From Eledone cirrhosa (lineage: Eukaryota), in contig OZ024742.1 of assembly GCA_964016885.1 (NCBI GenBank), positions 83,018,001-83,082,000 of the forward strand: DNA of 64,000 bases, in the 5' to 3' direction. How positions within the stretch are numbered: the first letter of the stretch is position 1; each line of letters opens with the position of its first letter. A program made the position numbers and the translations under genes. A model generated the notes under the pieces. It did not search any database. It was not told where the DNA came from and saw only the letters and a program-made list of their open reading frames with translations. Positions 1 through 15,530 of the stretch are shown here, piece by piece.

Positions 1-45
1 ACACATGCACACGCACGCACACACACACACACACATATATATATA

Positions 46-558
46 TGTACAGCCACCGGAAATAACAGCTGTGAAATATACAGCGCCATCTACCTGTTAG
101 CTAGCTACTTCAATGTGAAACAAAAGAACCCTTATAACCTACCAGAATAAGGACCTACCAGAATAAACGCCTACACATCGACTAAACAACAAAGGATTGT
201 TCCTGTATAAATAGAGTGGTTCCTAACACTTCAGCAGTCGACTTTTGGCAGAGTCAGCTAGCGCATCGCTGTTCCTTTACTCTGCCACGCTTTGTCACTC
301 ACATGCCTTGTATCTCGTATCGTCGCTTCATGTGAAAATAAATAGCCGATGGAATTTACATCTCGCCTTGCTTCGTCCTTTCAACTTGTGCTTTCGTCTG
401 TCCATCCTCAACAGTTCTTTTAAGGGCTATATGTGACAACAGTCCTTTTAAGGGCTATCTTCATATCTGATCAGACCGTGTGCGATAACAGTCCTTCTAA
501 GGACTATTCTCGGATCTGATTAGAAGTAGTGACTAGACTGACTAACCACGTCGCTACA
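46..558 (+). repeat. Putative 5' LTR of a Ty3/Gypsy retrotransposon
   Basis: Ends ...GCTACA at 558, 2 nt before a PBS. Candidate TG start at 46 after a (TA)n tract, and TATAAATA at about 206. The left boundary is uncertain and no 3' LTR is present. Confidence 0.6.
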
Positions 559-560
559 AT

Positions 561-578
561 TGGTGACCCTGACGTGAT
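561..578 (+). promoter_or_regulatory. Primer binding site, tRNA-Trp type
   Basis: TGGTGACCCTGACGTGAT has one mismatch to TGGTGACCCCGACGTGAT, the complement of the eukaryotic tRNA-Trp 3' end. Confidence 0.75.
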
Positions 579-624
579 GTCGAACGCGCAACCAGACAGC
601 ACCTAAGAAAATATCAACATAGAT

Positions 625-2307
625 ATGTCACAAACGACAGAGGCCGAGATTTCAGAGCTGCGGGCTATGATCAGAGAGCGAGCTGGTCAAATTAAAGCCC
701 TCTCGAATCAAGTAGAGAACTTGACCTTTCAAACACACCGGCGACGCAGCAACAATCGATCCAGGCCTTTTCACAGTCGAAGATCCAGTAGTCCCAGTCA
801 AAATCGTGTGCCTGGCAACCTCTGCTGGTATCACACAAATTTTGGCGCACAGGCATCTAAGTGCAAAGCCCCGTGCTCTTTCCGGAATGCCATCCAGGGC
901 CTAGCGACGACGTTCACCCCTAACACTGAAAAGAAAAGTCGTCTATTTTTTATTAACGACCAGGAGACAGGCATTCGTTACCTCGTGGATACAAGAGCTC
1001 AGGTTAGTGTTATTCCAGTTTCACTAATCTCGGGCAAAAGACACCCAACCCCGTCCTTTCTGCAGGCAGTGAAACAATCGTCAATTCCGACTTTCGGGGA
1101 GAAGTCTTTGACCCTCAATTTAGGCCTGAGGCGGCGTTTTCAATGGGTGTTCGTCGTGGCAGACCTGTCAACCCCAATCCTAGGAGCGAGATTTTCTCCA
1201 CCACTTCAACCGTCTGGTGGATATGAAGAACCGGAGGCTCATTGACACCACCACAAATCTCACTGTGAGAGGTATATTTACGACGCAATCCACAGTGAGC
1301 GCTGTAATGTGCCAGTCAGAGCCTTCGCGGTACAACGGCATTCTCCAGAAATACCCAGACATCACTAGCCCGGTATTTAAGGATGGTCCCATGAAGCATA
1401 GTGTCACGCACCACATCGAGACAAAGGGACCACCCACAGCTGCCCGACCAAGGAGACTGCCTCCAGACCGATTGAGAATCGCCAAGCAGGAGTTCCAACA
1501 CATGCTAGACCTCGGAATCATTCGCCCTTCCTCCAGCAACTGGTCTGCACCCCTACACCTTGTTCCAAAAAAAATCGAGAATGATTGGCAACCCCAGCAA
1601 GTGCCTTCTCGGCGTTCCTTCACTGTCCTTTCTCGGGCACATCATCGATAAAGACGACATTCGTCCACCTCCCGAGAAAGTAGAAGCTATCTGCAGTTTT
1701 CCCGCACCTACATCACTTCGGAAACTGCGTGAATTCCTCGGTCTGGTGAATTTTTATAGGCGGTTCATCCCTCATTGTTCCGACGCAGCCAGACTCCTCA
1801 CGGACCTTCTTCGTAACCGGACTCGCAAAAACGAAGAGATCACTCTAGACGAGGAAGAATTAACATCTTTTAACCGCCTAAAGGAAATGTTGGCAAACGC
1901 TTCCATGCTCGTTTTCCCCAGGACTGGCGCTCCTCTTTCCCTGCTAGTGGACGCATCAGACACGGGGGTTGGAGGCGTTCTACAACAACATGTCGACGGC
2001 GTGTGGCAATCCTTATCCTTCTTTTCTAAGCGGTTGCAACCGGCAGAAACGAAATACAGTACCTTTGGCCGCGAACTCTTGGCAACCTATCTTTCGGTTA
2101 AGCATTTTCGGCACATGCTCGAAGGATCAGATTTCGTGATCTACACAGACCATAAACCATTAGTTTATGCGTTCCGTACCAAACCTGATCGACATTCACC
2201 GAGAGAACTCCGACACCTGGATTTTCTCTCCAAATATTCAACTGATATTCGGCATATCAAGGGATCAGACAACGTAGCAGCCGACGCCCTGTCCCGAATC
2301 CAGCTGA
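625..2307 (+). pseudogene. Ty3/Gypsy gag-pol remnant: Gag C-terminus, protease, internally deleted RT, RNase H; integrase absent
   Basis: Gag motif CWYHTNFGAQASKCKAPC; protease YLVDTRAQVS (DTG changed to DTR); RT N-terminus RPRRLPPD..EFQHMLDLGIIRPSSSNWSAPLHLVPKK jumping at about 1590 to NPSKC..FLGH; RNase H VDASDTGVGGVL..ELLA..TDHKPL..NVAADALSR; frameshifts. Confidence 0.92.
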
Positions 2308-2504
2308 ACGCAATACATATATACTTATATATAGAGAGAGAGATCTAAAACAGAGAGTGTCTGTCTGTCTGACTCCCTAAAACACGAGAACCACGCAACC
2401 GATTCTTTTCAAAATTTACACATGTAATACTTATAGTCCTGTGAGTGTTTTGAGCGAAATATATTTCAAATTGTCAATGCCCTAGTGACGGCATTAGGTG
2501 ATGT

Positions 2505-3963
<1,459 letters not shown>

Positions 3964-4057
3964 TTCCAACCAACTTTTAATTAATTATATATATATATAT
4001 AATTAAATATCTGTACACATATTTTACATATAATTATATATTCGTGTACATATATAG

Positions 4058-4565
4058 TAATACTATACTATATATTTTCAACTGTAATAATAGACTATAT
4101 ATTTTCAAACGTAATACTGTACTATACTATGTATTTTCAACAGTAATACTGTACTATACTATGCATTTTCAACAGTAATGTTATCCCTATACCATATGTT
4201 TTCAACAGTAATATTATACTATATATTTTCAACAGTAATACTGTACTATATATTTTCAACAGTAATACGGTACTATATATTTTCAACAGTAATACCGTAC
4301 TATATATTTTCAACAGTAAAACTATACTATATATTTTCAACAGTAATGCTGTACTATATATTTTCAACAGTAATACTGTACTATACTATGTATTTTCAAC
4401 AGTAATACTGTACTATACTATGCATTTTCAACAGTAATGTTATCCCTATACCATATGTTTTCAACAGTAATATTATACTATATATTTTCAACAGTAATAC
4501 TAAACTATATATTTTCAACAGTAATACTATACTATACTATATATTTTCAACAGTAATACTATACT
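4058..4565. repeat. Minisatellite with 27-32 bp unit TTTTCAACAGTAATACTGTACTATATA, about 17 copies, with a higher-order duplication
   Basis: Units are directly abutting. The variant unit ATGTTATCCCTATACCATATG recurs at about 4178 and 4437. Confidence 0.9.
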
Positions 4566-7500
4566 ACAGAGGCGGCTTATCGTCTGTTTATCCAAGCGAA
4601 GCTAAGTACGTCAGCTATATATATATATATCTGGATGCCGTAGAACACGCCATTGGTAGCCGCGCGCCAGCCGGACGGGCCACTTACTATACAATAAAAC
4701 TCTCTCTTATTTGTAAAACTCCGGATGAATAAAATCCCTGGAGTGCTTCATGTCTGTCAAAGAATAAGTCGGTAGCTTTTTAATCAACCAACTTTGAATA
4801 TATATATATATATAGTTGAACATTTGGAAATATGAGAATCTCAAACATAGACATTATCTCGAATATGTCGAACACTGTAGTTAATAGCTGTGAAAATCAG
4901 GTAAGTTACTCTGCAGACAGAAATACAACTATTTGAACTGCATATTTCTCGAATACAGTGCGATAGTGCAACCTTAACGCTAAGTAGCGCCAGACACCCT
5001 ATCCTGTCTATTTTAAGATGTTCTATTATAGAGTTCGGGGTTAGTGTATAGTCAGAAGTAAAGAAATATATATAATGAAATGTTTTTACTCAGTTATTGT
5101 ACACCGCATTCTTTTCACAAAATATTGGTCAACCTTGTCTTCAATAGAGCCATTAAGAGTCGGCGTACCTGTGCATGTGTGAATGACAAAGTTTGAGAAA
5201 AGGTGAGTGGGATGTTGTGGGCACATTGTGCTTGAATGTTTTGGATAGATGTTGAAATATTTTGGTTTCGGTTTTAGAGAATCGTTTAAAAAATGGTTCA
5301 CGTCGTGCTACCTTCGGTAAATAATTTATCGGCTGTGTCACGAACACTGCATAGGTTTGCTGAAGTGATGGATTGTTAGCCATCATGTAATCTTTGGTAA
5401 TGTTGTGTTGCGTATTTTCTATCCACGTATTAGTCGTAAACGATATCAAAAGCTACATAAACGCAGATAGTTATTGGGATTGTGAGTGTAGATTTTTAGT
5501 TCATGATTGAAGCCATCTCTTATGCTTTGAGTTAAGTTTACAACTAGTATTGAGATTGAGTGTTGTAGTTTAAATCCCTGTTGTGAATTTGAAAAAGAAA
5601 GTTGTGAGTAATACCATTAATTGAACATCTAAAATAATTTTATTTGATAGGAAAACAATCTCAAATATAATATATTTCTGAGAGGAACCTTGACTTCAAC
5701 ATAGCTCCAGATCGCTCAAAAAGATTGTATATTTCCAAGAAATATCTTCTGAGCGGGAAGAAAAACTCATATATTTTATTAGATCTATAGACATCCTGAA
5801 CACTTTGAAATTTCTGGGAGAAGGTATTGGTGGTTAATGCACCGATAATTTATCTCGATGTCTGGTAATAATTCGTACTAGTGATGGCATGCAATGTAAT
5901 GATTACTTTAAATGAATAACTGCGAAATTGGCAGAAACACTTCTACTGTCCAATACGAACGCCCTGTACATGATTATCATCATCATCATCATCATCATAA
6001 TCATATACACTGCCAGCACCAACACGAGAGCCACCACCAACATCATCTTCACCATCATCAACATTATTAAGTTCATTATAAACACACCACATTTTTCTAA
6101 CGTTTTTATTGAGTCCCCCATTTAAAATTCAAGCAAATATTTATCGGTCTATATACTCTTTTTATAAAAAATGTTTAACGCTCACATCAAAGATATTGAT
6201 AATTTCATTTGACGTTAAAATAGTTTTTTTTTTAAATTCAATTTCATATTTATTTTATTTTCATTTATTCTCAAATTCTATTTAATTTCCAATATCATTT
6301 TATGTTTGTTGCTTTCTGTTATTTGAAACCCGATAATCAATACTTGATAATTGGGGTATTTTGAATTTTATGATCATGTTTTCATGATCATATTCAGTTC
6401 AACCCAATTAGTAACATTTCTTCTTCATCTAAGAAATTATTGTCGCGTTAAGAGTTCTGCGTGTCAAATCTCAGACAATCGGAAAGGCTCTGAAGCGTCG
6501 TTGTATCAACTTCAGAAAAACACGTTATATCTAACTCACATCATAACATGATATTTAGAAAAATGAAGAAACTATGGTCTAACATGTTCCTAAATATATT
6601 ACATTACAGTCATAAATCTGTCACATTTAGCGCTACATTATCTGATATATATATTGGATACAGTTGCCTTATCATATTGGGGTGTTCAGTGTGAATCATT
6701 TCGGCCTTTATTTTGTTCAAACATGGATATATGAGAGCTGAGCAACATCAAGAAGTTTAAAGGAAATACTTTATATAATTCGGTTTTACAATAATTTATG
6801 AATGTAACATACAGTCTTATAAATATATGGGTGTATGACCGTCTAGAAATAAGTCAATATGTTTGCAAATATCACCTCTTCGTCTTAAAGATGGAAGAAG
6901 AGAGTGGATAATATAAAGCAAACAACAAAACGTTTCATCAAAGATGATGTGTGTTCTTTTGTCGACTAAAATCTCATTAGTGGCGAACTAACAACAGTAA
7001 TATAAATAATTAAAACATGAATTATCAATCATTAAAAGTCGAATGCAAGATATTTCCCAATGGATTTGACATCCCAATTAACGACATTGAAATTAAATAA
7101 ATGCTCTACATATTACCATACTTTAATCAAACAATGATTTATAATTTAGATATGAGATATTTATTGTAAGAGAACGGAAATATCAACGGAATCAAAACAC
7201 CTATTTAGACAGTAGTTAGTGCTTCGGCGTCAAAACTATAAAACGGGAAATGAATATCCCTAAACTATATACATTACGCCGAAAAGGAATACAGCAAAAC
7301 ATTTTGTTTAGAGTTTACCGCTTTAATAACGTCTGCCTTTCTGTACCCGGACATTGATTATCTCCAACAAGGATGCATCAATGTCATTGATCTATACGTG
7401 TGAGGTATAAGGGAATTATCCTTCAAATCACGCACTAGTCTTTTAATTTAGAGATTGGATGTGTGCCTGCAACAAAGACATTAGTCTTCTGTTTGGAATA

Positions 7501-8014
7501 TCGTAAATTACCTATCACATCAATCATGTCTAAAGTGTAGAGAAACCACAACAACAATTACATCAACTGACTAATACAAGTAGTAACTGGAGCATATATA
7601 TCAACAAATTATTATAATCAATAGATGCAGCCGCGCGTCATTTAGTGGCATCAATATTATTTCCAGTGATAGAATGGATGGCTATACATCTCTATGCACT
7701 ACATGAAAATGGAATTCTGAACCAGTTGTTTTATAAGCAAACAATTATAATAGCTAAAGTTTATTCTAATCTCAGTTCCGTGTTTTGGTGTATATAACAT
7801 TCCTGACTATATTTCTCGCACGGCTACTGAGATGGATTTCACATGCAGGCAGCTGAAGAAATTCATAGCGAGACTTATATAAGTATAAGTTTATTAAACA
7901 TACACGTATCGAATATGCCATCATATACATCTCTATTAAAAACTACACAGTTATATATATCGATATGATCAGGGCTCGTTCAACTAACTATTACAACTCA
8001 CCTTTTTATTGTGC

Positions 8015-8059
<45 letters not shown>

Positions 8060-8234
8060 TAAACGATACCTCGTTTAAGGTAATCCAAGGAGAGGTTACG
8101 AGTAATCAGTAATCTGTACCGTGGAGGATTCTAACGTGCCGCATTAGTTGATTCCACAAGATGTTTACATAGTTGTGGCGTTCGGATGGCCGTTTTCGGA
8201 CAATTCCGAGGTAAGTAATTCCTGGAGTATTGAT

Positions 8235-8576
8235 AACGAATAAATGAAGATTAACGCGGATAAGCTATACAGTAGGGTTTATTCCAAGCATTAATATATG
8301 TTTTATAGTCTAGTACGTAATCGAATGCGCCTTAAAATCACTATCTACAATGTTATTGTGAAATTAGATTTTAAATACTGCTTATTATCAAAACAATGAT
8401 CAGAGTTTAGATAATGTGCCTGATATAAGCAGTATTTAAAATCTAATTTTACAATAACATTGTAGATAGTGATTTTAAGACGCTTTCTATTACCTACTAG
8501 ACAATAAAACATATATTAATGCTTGGAATAAACTATACTGATATAGCTTATCCTTGTTAATCTTCATTCATTCGTT
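8235..8576. repeat. Fold-back inverted repeat P1 (arms about 8235-8380 and 8421-8576)
   Basis: Arms are reverse complements with scattered mismatches around a ~40-bp spacer. (TA)n tracts lie nearby on both sides. Confidence 0.9.
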
Positions 8577-8706
8577 TGCCGAGTATAAGTAAGTGACATA
8601 GTCACTACTTTAAAACTCACCGCGAATGGTCTTCTAAATGCTTTTAATTAAACATAAAGTATATTGCCAAATATACTATACATACATTCATATATATATA
8701 TATATA

Positions 8707-8740
<34 letters not shown>

Positions 8741-8949
8741 GGTCTAATCGGACGTATTTTGCTCGCTCCCAGTAAGTCGCTTTATTTGCCTGTTAAAATT
8801 ATTTGTTGTTAAATATTTCTTGTTGTGTAAGGGATATAAGCCCTTAGACTTTGCCCTGTGAAGGGGAAAGTATAATATTTGGGCCTTTTGGCCCAAATAT
8901 TTGAACCTTTTTTTACATTTTAAAAAATTTACGGAGAAAAAAAGAAAAC

Positions 8950-10900
8950 ATGGATGAGCCACACCCCCCAGCGATATGTCTGCTGTCGTGCGACAACGAC
9001 GTAGAAGTTGAGAGGAGCGTTACAGCGTTACAAATTGAAAAACACAAACACCACCACAAACAATGTAAACAAAGACACTAATGATACCAATAAGAACTCT
9101 AATTTTGAAAAAAATTACAGTGACAGCGACAACGAAAATACAGATAACAAAAAGAAAATGACAAATGCAACAACAATATCAACACCAATAACATGTAAAC
9201 AAATAGCGACAACACCAACAGCAACAATACCAACTGCACCGAGAACAACGGTGGCAACAAAGACAACAATGATAACAACAACACCAACAAGAACAACGAC
9301 AACGACCACAACACCCCCAACGAAAACAAGAAGAACACTTTCGTTGCGGCAGCAGCAAAAACATGGACCTCGCAAACAAAGATGAAAAGTTGGCCCAGGC
9401 ATGGAAGCTCATCAAGCAAAAGCAAACCTGGGCCAACTTAACTGTCCAGGTAGAAGCTATTGAGGCAGTGGAGCGCAGAACGGTGCATTATAGATGCATC
9501 ACAGCACAAACCAAAAGGGCAGCTTTAATCCCACAAGAAGATGTCGAAGTCGCCCTGAGGTGCATCAGAGAAGACACCCAGTACATAGAGAGGGGTAGAC
9601 AGTACGGCACCATTTCGGTGTTGTTCAAGTCAGAAGCCCTCGCTATGAAAGACGCTATGACTCCTTGCAAAACCAGCAAGGTCATAATGTACCCCTCCCA
9701 ATGGGAAAAAGAACGGCCCGTCTCCGCATTCCCAGAATCCTACCAGGACTTGACATGTGGTGGCTTCTGGGATGTGTAATTGTGGAGGGGACGGATACCG
9801 TCCCTATAGAAGTGACCAGAACGGCCAGAGAGGACTGGACCGGGGTTGACCTGGAGATCCTTCTCCAGATCAGGCCCGAGAATGTGAAGACAATCCCGGA
9901 CCACATCCGCCTTCAGAATTGGACGGTCATTCACATTATGACCGAAGCATGAAGGCCGCAGTGTTTTGTTTGTGGGGAAAAAACCCATTTGCGAGCCTTC
10001 TGCCCTCAACTACTGAAAGAGACAAGGGGTCGAAAGGCTCCACTGCTGCCGAGGCCGGGGCAAGGACCACAAGCAACACCAGCACTGGCAAAACCACCAA
10101 CAACAACACCAATAGAAAGACAACCACCAACATTGACCACCCAGGGGGGAGACGAGAAAAGCTGTCAAATTCTCCCTCCCCCCAAAAATACACACACCAA
10201 TAAAACCATAAACATACATACAGACACACTTACAGACACAGACCCCTCATCTACCAGTAGTGAAGATGAGGGAAAACCAAAATCCCCCAAAATACAGAAA
10301 AGGAAACACAAAAAGAAATAAAAAACTCAACAAAGCGCAAAATCACCCACATTAAAAAACGCAGACACCACCCACGCCGCAAACATCTCTCCAATAACAC
10401 CAACATCAACACCACCATCACCATCACCAGAATCCCCCAAACGCAAACAACCTAAACAGACGCAAGAACAAATATACACACAAACATCTGAAACCACAGA
10501 CACCGCACTCACAACAAACACAGATACAACCAAAACAACGCCACCAAAACCATCACCACCACAGCCACACAAACAAATAAAATCACACCAACAAAACATA
10601 CAAAACTTCGTACTCGTCAGGAGGGCCAACAAGGAACTGATGGCCCTCGTAGCACGAAGTGAAAATATACAAAAAGAGGGGGAAATTTTTAAATCGAGCA
10701 CATTTCGCGTGCCGGAAGATTTGGCTCTGGTGCGAATGTCGTTCGATATATTCAAAGAAATACGAGACAGGTTTCCTCGGGACGTGGGAACCCCGAACGT
10801 AAAACCCACTTCAAGACTTTTAAAGGGGTTCCCAAAAGAAACCCCACCAACTTTGGAGGTCGAACAACCCGACCTTCACAAGAGCCCGGGAGGTAAGTAA
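8950..10900 (+). pseudogene. LINE ORF1 with CCHC zinc knuckle and Thr/Pro-rich low-complexity regions; frameshifted
   Basis: CFVCGEKTHLRAFC (CX2CX4HX4C) at about 9962-10003. The overlapping ORF pieces 9008-10900 end 30 nt before the ORF2 ATG. Confidence 0.7.
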
Positions 10901-10929
10901 ACCTTCCTCTCTCTTTTTAACCTACCAAC

Positions 10930-13900
10930 ATGGCCATATTAAGAGTAGGATGTTTAAATGTTCGAGGGCTGTGATCGTCCTGGAAGCAGGGTCACCTGCT
11001 CAACGACCTCAGGTCTATAGAAATGGATGTAATTGCCGTCAGCGAGACTAGGATTTCCGACACGCGCGCACTAGCCCCCATTTTCGACGACTATCAGATC
11101 TTTGCATCTGTTAGCCGGCCGGGAATTGGAGGCGGGGTGGCAGTGCTGTTTAGGAAAGGCCTGGAACTCGAGGTAAGGTCATTCTTCCGGTACCCGGACG
11201 GGAAGTTGGTGGTCCTGGACGTGAACAATAATGAAGGTGGTGCCTTTAGACTGGTGGCCGTCTATGCTCCTACTGGGGCAGGACGGCCGGACTTCTTTAG
11301 ACGCCTGGAAGCCCTTCTGGGTACGTCTCGCCCTTTACTGTTAACGGGGAACTGGAACGGCATCTTAGACGAACGCTGGGACTGTGTGGAGTATCCGATA
11401 GGAGCGGGGGGGGGGTGCAAAAGAGTCAATAACCTGATCAACCAGTTCCAACTGTCTGACAGGTACCGACTAGATTTCCCTAATACGCCAGTGTGGACCT
11501 GGGCTAACCACATAGGGTCATCTAGATCGTATATAGACAGGATATTCATTAGGAAAATAGACAGAAATAGTGTAAGCTGTCCACGTTTTGAAACGGTCGC
11601 CTATTCAGATCACAAGTTTGTGATCTGTATGGTCGACCTAGATAAGATGTGTAGGTCAGGACCTGGTAACTGGAAGCTAAACATGTCATTTCCTTCACGT
11701 AAGGCTTACAGGGACCAGGTCAACAATTTAGTTAAGAAAAAGTTGACAGGGGGAGTCGTCAACAATAGATGGTGGAGGGGAGGGGGGCTCTCAAAAGAGA
11801 GATTAGAGTAATGTCGATAGAGTTTAGCAAAGAAGTAGCGTTAGAGAAAAATAGAAAGGAGGAGGAGTTGGTAGATAAGTTAGACGAAGCTATTGGTAGT
11901 GGCATTGCAACTGACGTGCTAGCGGCGAGAATGGCATTAGACCATTTCTTCAATGCGAAACACGAAGGTTTCATTGTCAGAGCTAAGGCGCGTGCTCTGA
12001 GAAACGAGGGAACCAAAGCTATTCGATGGGCCCGCGTGGCAGAGGCGCAGCGTGGTAATAAAACAACGATTCGGTATTTGATGGACCGAGACGGGCACGA
12101 GCTGAGCGATTCCAAGAGGATGTGTGAGGCCTTTCGCCAACATTTTGCTCGGTTGTGCGGGGGAAGTGGCGGGTCAGTGATGGTGGCGGACTTCAATCCC
12201 TACCTCGATGGCTTGCCGCAACTCTCGACGGCTGACGCTGGGCGCTGCGAAAGGCCAATTACTTCTGCCGAGATTCAGGATGCCCTTGTCGGCTGCATGA
12301 AGCGCAGGTCACGCGGTTTGGATGGTCTGCCCTACGTGCTTTACGTAAATATTCCAGACTTGTTCTCCAATCTCCTCGAAGCCCTCTACTGCAACTGGCA
12401 GCAAAACCTGAGTATTCCAAGTTCTGTGAGCCTGGGCGTAGTGACGCTGATAAGGAAAGACGAGAACAAGAGGGACACATTAGACAATGTCATGCCCATA
12501 ACACTACTCAACACAGAGTTTAAGATTTTGGCCAGGGTGTTAGCGAAAAGGTTGGCGCTTGTCGTCGGGGATTTGGTTGGGGAGGCGCAAACTTGCGCAA
12601 TCCCAACCAGGTCCATACACGACAACCTCCACCTAATGCGATACATCATAGAGAGGGTAGGGTGTAAACCTGGCTTCGGTGGGGCCCTGATCAATTTAGA
12701 TCAATCGAAAGCATTCGATGGTCAAAATTATTGGCCACCTCTCGGAACCGTTTCAGGTCTCCCGATTGGTCCGTCAAGGGTGCCCTCTCTCCTCCCTTCT
12801 GTACGTATTGACACTCGAGCCTTTTCTACGGAAGCTGGAGCTGTTGCAGGGCATCCTGCTCCAACCGGGACGCGGAAAGACTGTGTCGGCTTATGCGGAT
12901 GACACCACCGTGATGGTGTCGGACATCTCAGAAATCGAGGTGGTCGGCAACTTATTGGAGGAATATGAAAGGTTGACGGGAGCAAAACTTAACCCGGAAC
13001 AGTCGGTGGGCTTGCAACTCGGTACCTGTCAGACAGCGTCGTTAGGCGTGGACGGACGGACCGGTAAAGTTGCTAGGGGTTTGGTTCGGCCCAGACCTCC
13101 AGGTGGATGAGAATTGTGACGAGGTGACGGGCATGTTAGCCAGTCTCACCCAGAAATGGGCTGGGATGAAGCTATCACTGAAAGGTCGGGCGGAGGAGGC
13201 GAACGCGTACATCGCGTCCGTCATCTACGTCTGACCGTTGTCCCTTACCCCCTTTCGCGCCTCGCCATCTTGGAGCGGCTCCTCTTCAAATTCTTGTGGA
13301 GGTGTCAGGTTCTGCTGGTGAGGCGGTCCATCTGCTGCCAGCACCCTCTACGTGGAGGGCTGGGCATGTCGTGGCTAATGATGCGCAGGCACCCGCTGAG
13401 GCTGCGGCATCTCCAGATATTCTGCCTAAACGGTGAACAGGTGTGGTCGCCGTTTGTCAGACCAGCCTTTCAGCAGCTCGTTTCTTTGATTGAACTGCAG
13501 TCCTGGGTCAAGAAGAGACCGAGACTAGGTGACTGGCATCTGGAATGTTGCCAGGCACTCACTGCCCTCTACCAGGCGGGCAATGCGGTCAGTGGAACTT
13601 CCACTCTCGAGTTCTATAGAGGATTAGTGGTGGGAAAGTATGACGACGCACTCGGAGAGGCTCTGAGAGTCAACGAAGTCGAACTAACCAGTGTGTACCG
13701 GAGGACTTTAGAGCCGGGACGATGGATAATTTCCAAAAATCCCTCGCTTGGCAGTGATACCAGGGGCACTGCCGGTTCGAGATAAACTCTACAGGCACGG
13801 AATTGCTGTCAGACGGACCTGCCCGAGATGCGCGCAGAGCGACGAAACCGTTCTGCACGCTCTCGTCCAGTGTCCGTGCATTACTGACTTGTGGAGTTAT

Positions 13901-14233
13901 GTTGAACAGCTGTTGTCGCGTGTAGAACGGATCCGGCTTTCGGCCGAGTCCATAGTGAAGATCGACCCGCCGCCTTCTTTTGGCCAGGAAGGGCAGGCAA
14001 TTTTCCTCCGTCTGGTGGCAGTAGCAATAGGTTGTATGGTGGACGAGGTTGAAAGGACTGAAGACAGACACTTTTCTCTTCGGCCAATCCCTCGACAACT
14101 TTTTCAAGTTTCACTTGGAAAGGAAGGTGAGGGTGGAGAGAGAAGTGCTGCCCCCAGTACATTTGCTGAAAGGTGGGTGAATGTGGCGAGAATGGCCCGT
14201 ATGAGTGGGCCTACTCTGGTGATGCGGCTGTAG
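10930..14233 (+). pseudogene. LINE ORF2: APE endonuclease, reverse transcriptase, C-terminal zinc finger; disrupted
   Basis: MAILRVGCLNVRGL then TGA at 10972; SET, VYAP, SYIDRIF, YSDH; PITLLNTEFKILA, LDQSKAFD, VRQGCPLS, YADD at 12892-12903; CPRC..ETVLHALVQC. Several frameshifts and a deletion just after KAFD. Confidence 0.93.
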
Positions 14234-14507
14234 GTAGGTAAAATTGAGGAGGAGAGGGGTGCCCTTCCAGGGTGCTCTCGAAGCGTCGGGTCGTCCAGGA
14301 CTGGTGGGGTACCTGAGCGAACCCTAGGTGGTCATCCCCCCCATTGGGGAATTTTTTTCTTGTTGTAATTTTATTGTTACTTTATTGTTACTTTGTTATT
14401 GTGATTCATATTGTTTACTCGATTTTTCTGTAAAACCCCACTGTCCCAGTTTTTTTGTATTGTCCCCTATATGTCGGCCCGTGTGGCCAATAAATGAAAT
14501 AATAATA

Positions 14508-14551
<44 letters not shown>

Positions 14552-15269
14552 ACAAATAGACTCTAGCAGATGAAGAAACTAAAACGTCCAATACACGAAA
14601 AGGAGGCAGGTTATGCTCCGAAAGTTTGTAACAACAAAGAGTAGAATTGAAATACCGAACGGGATCGCGCTCCAATATTCGGTTATCCTGTTGTACCTTT
14701 AATATTACATCATTCAGGCCTTATGTAACTAGTAATACATTACCCAGTATAACGTAACCTGTCATAAAACGGAAATGTGTTGATATAAGTTTATTTGTTC
14801 GCTAATTGTAGCCGGGGTGGGGGCAACCAGTTTGAACATCTCACATCGGTATAAACATAGATAAAATCCACTATTCTATATTTGGAAAGGTAGACCTTGT
14901 AAAAGTGAGAATATAATCAGTTGTTTCAGAGTAGAAAGATTCCATTAATTTAGAAAGATAGAAATAACGCATTTGAGAGCTTGTGTTTCAAGCGTGTTGT
15001 CAATTTGTTGAATGTGTGTGACTGTAGTGGAAAATTGCACAATATCATGTATGCAGTAGCTTAAGGTGTTTAGAATGCTTATATATTAACTTACACCTTC
15101 ATTTATTAGTTAGTTTCACAAATGGCAAATACAAACTGATATTTAATTAGTATTTGATATTATTTTATTGCAACTTATATTCATGAAGTAGAGTATTTGA
15201 GAACTTCTGTTCTCAAATACAGTATTTATATATTTAGTAGAACTCTGAGGATCATCTAGAATAACCTCA

Positions 15270-15530
15270 CGCCTCATAGCCATTCGTCCGCCGCAAACTT
15301 TGGTACGGATATGTGCCCTGCCTCCCGCCAGATCATCGTTTTAGGATTCTTACTCACGTTCGACGCAGTAGTTACTGGTTGGAAGAAGCCCCGCGCCAAG
15401 TCTCGCTCCTGATGGCATCAAGGAAGATATCCAGAGATTCGACGTCACATTGGAAAATGTACAGAGGCTTGCACGGGACCGTCAGCGATGGAGGGCTCTG
15501 CTGGACCTGCTCGCCGCTCTGCACGATGAT
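15270..15530 (+). mobile_element. RTE-like LINE C-terminal remnant
   Basis: Translates to RRKLWYGYV..LPPDH..WKKPR..IKEDI..LARDRQRWRALL, the typical RTE-type ORF end. Confidence 0.55.

Larger units (their letters stand above)
8741..14500 (+). mobile_element. Near full-length Tx1/L1-clade LINE, inactive, flanked by (ATT)n on both sides
   Basis: 5' UTR, ORF1, ORF2 (APE-RT-zinc finger) and 3' UTR with AATAAA at about 14489. (ATT)n at 8708-8740 and 14508-14547. Confidence 0.9.

Noticed and set aside
4058-4565. CRISPR-like regularly spaced ~27-32 bp repeats
   Set aside because: Units abut with no unique spacers, there are no cas genes, and the context is eukaryotic. It is a minisatellite.
4880-7900. 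Possible host exons (GTAAGT at 4901, GTGAGT at 5203; also unique-looking DNA at 43000-44200, 49300-49620 and 57500-60400)
   Set aside because: No recognisable protein motif or convincing exon chain. RNA-seq or homology search would be needed, so small exons cannot be excluded.
10972-10974. In-frame TGA in LINE ORF2 as programmed readthrough or selenocysteine
   Set aside because: The ORF has several other frameshifts and a deletion. A CGA-to-TGA decay mutation is the simpler explanation, and no SECIS was recognised.
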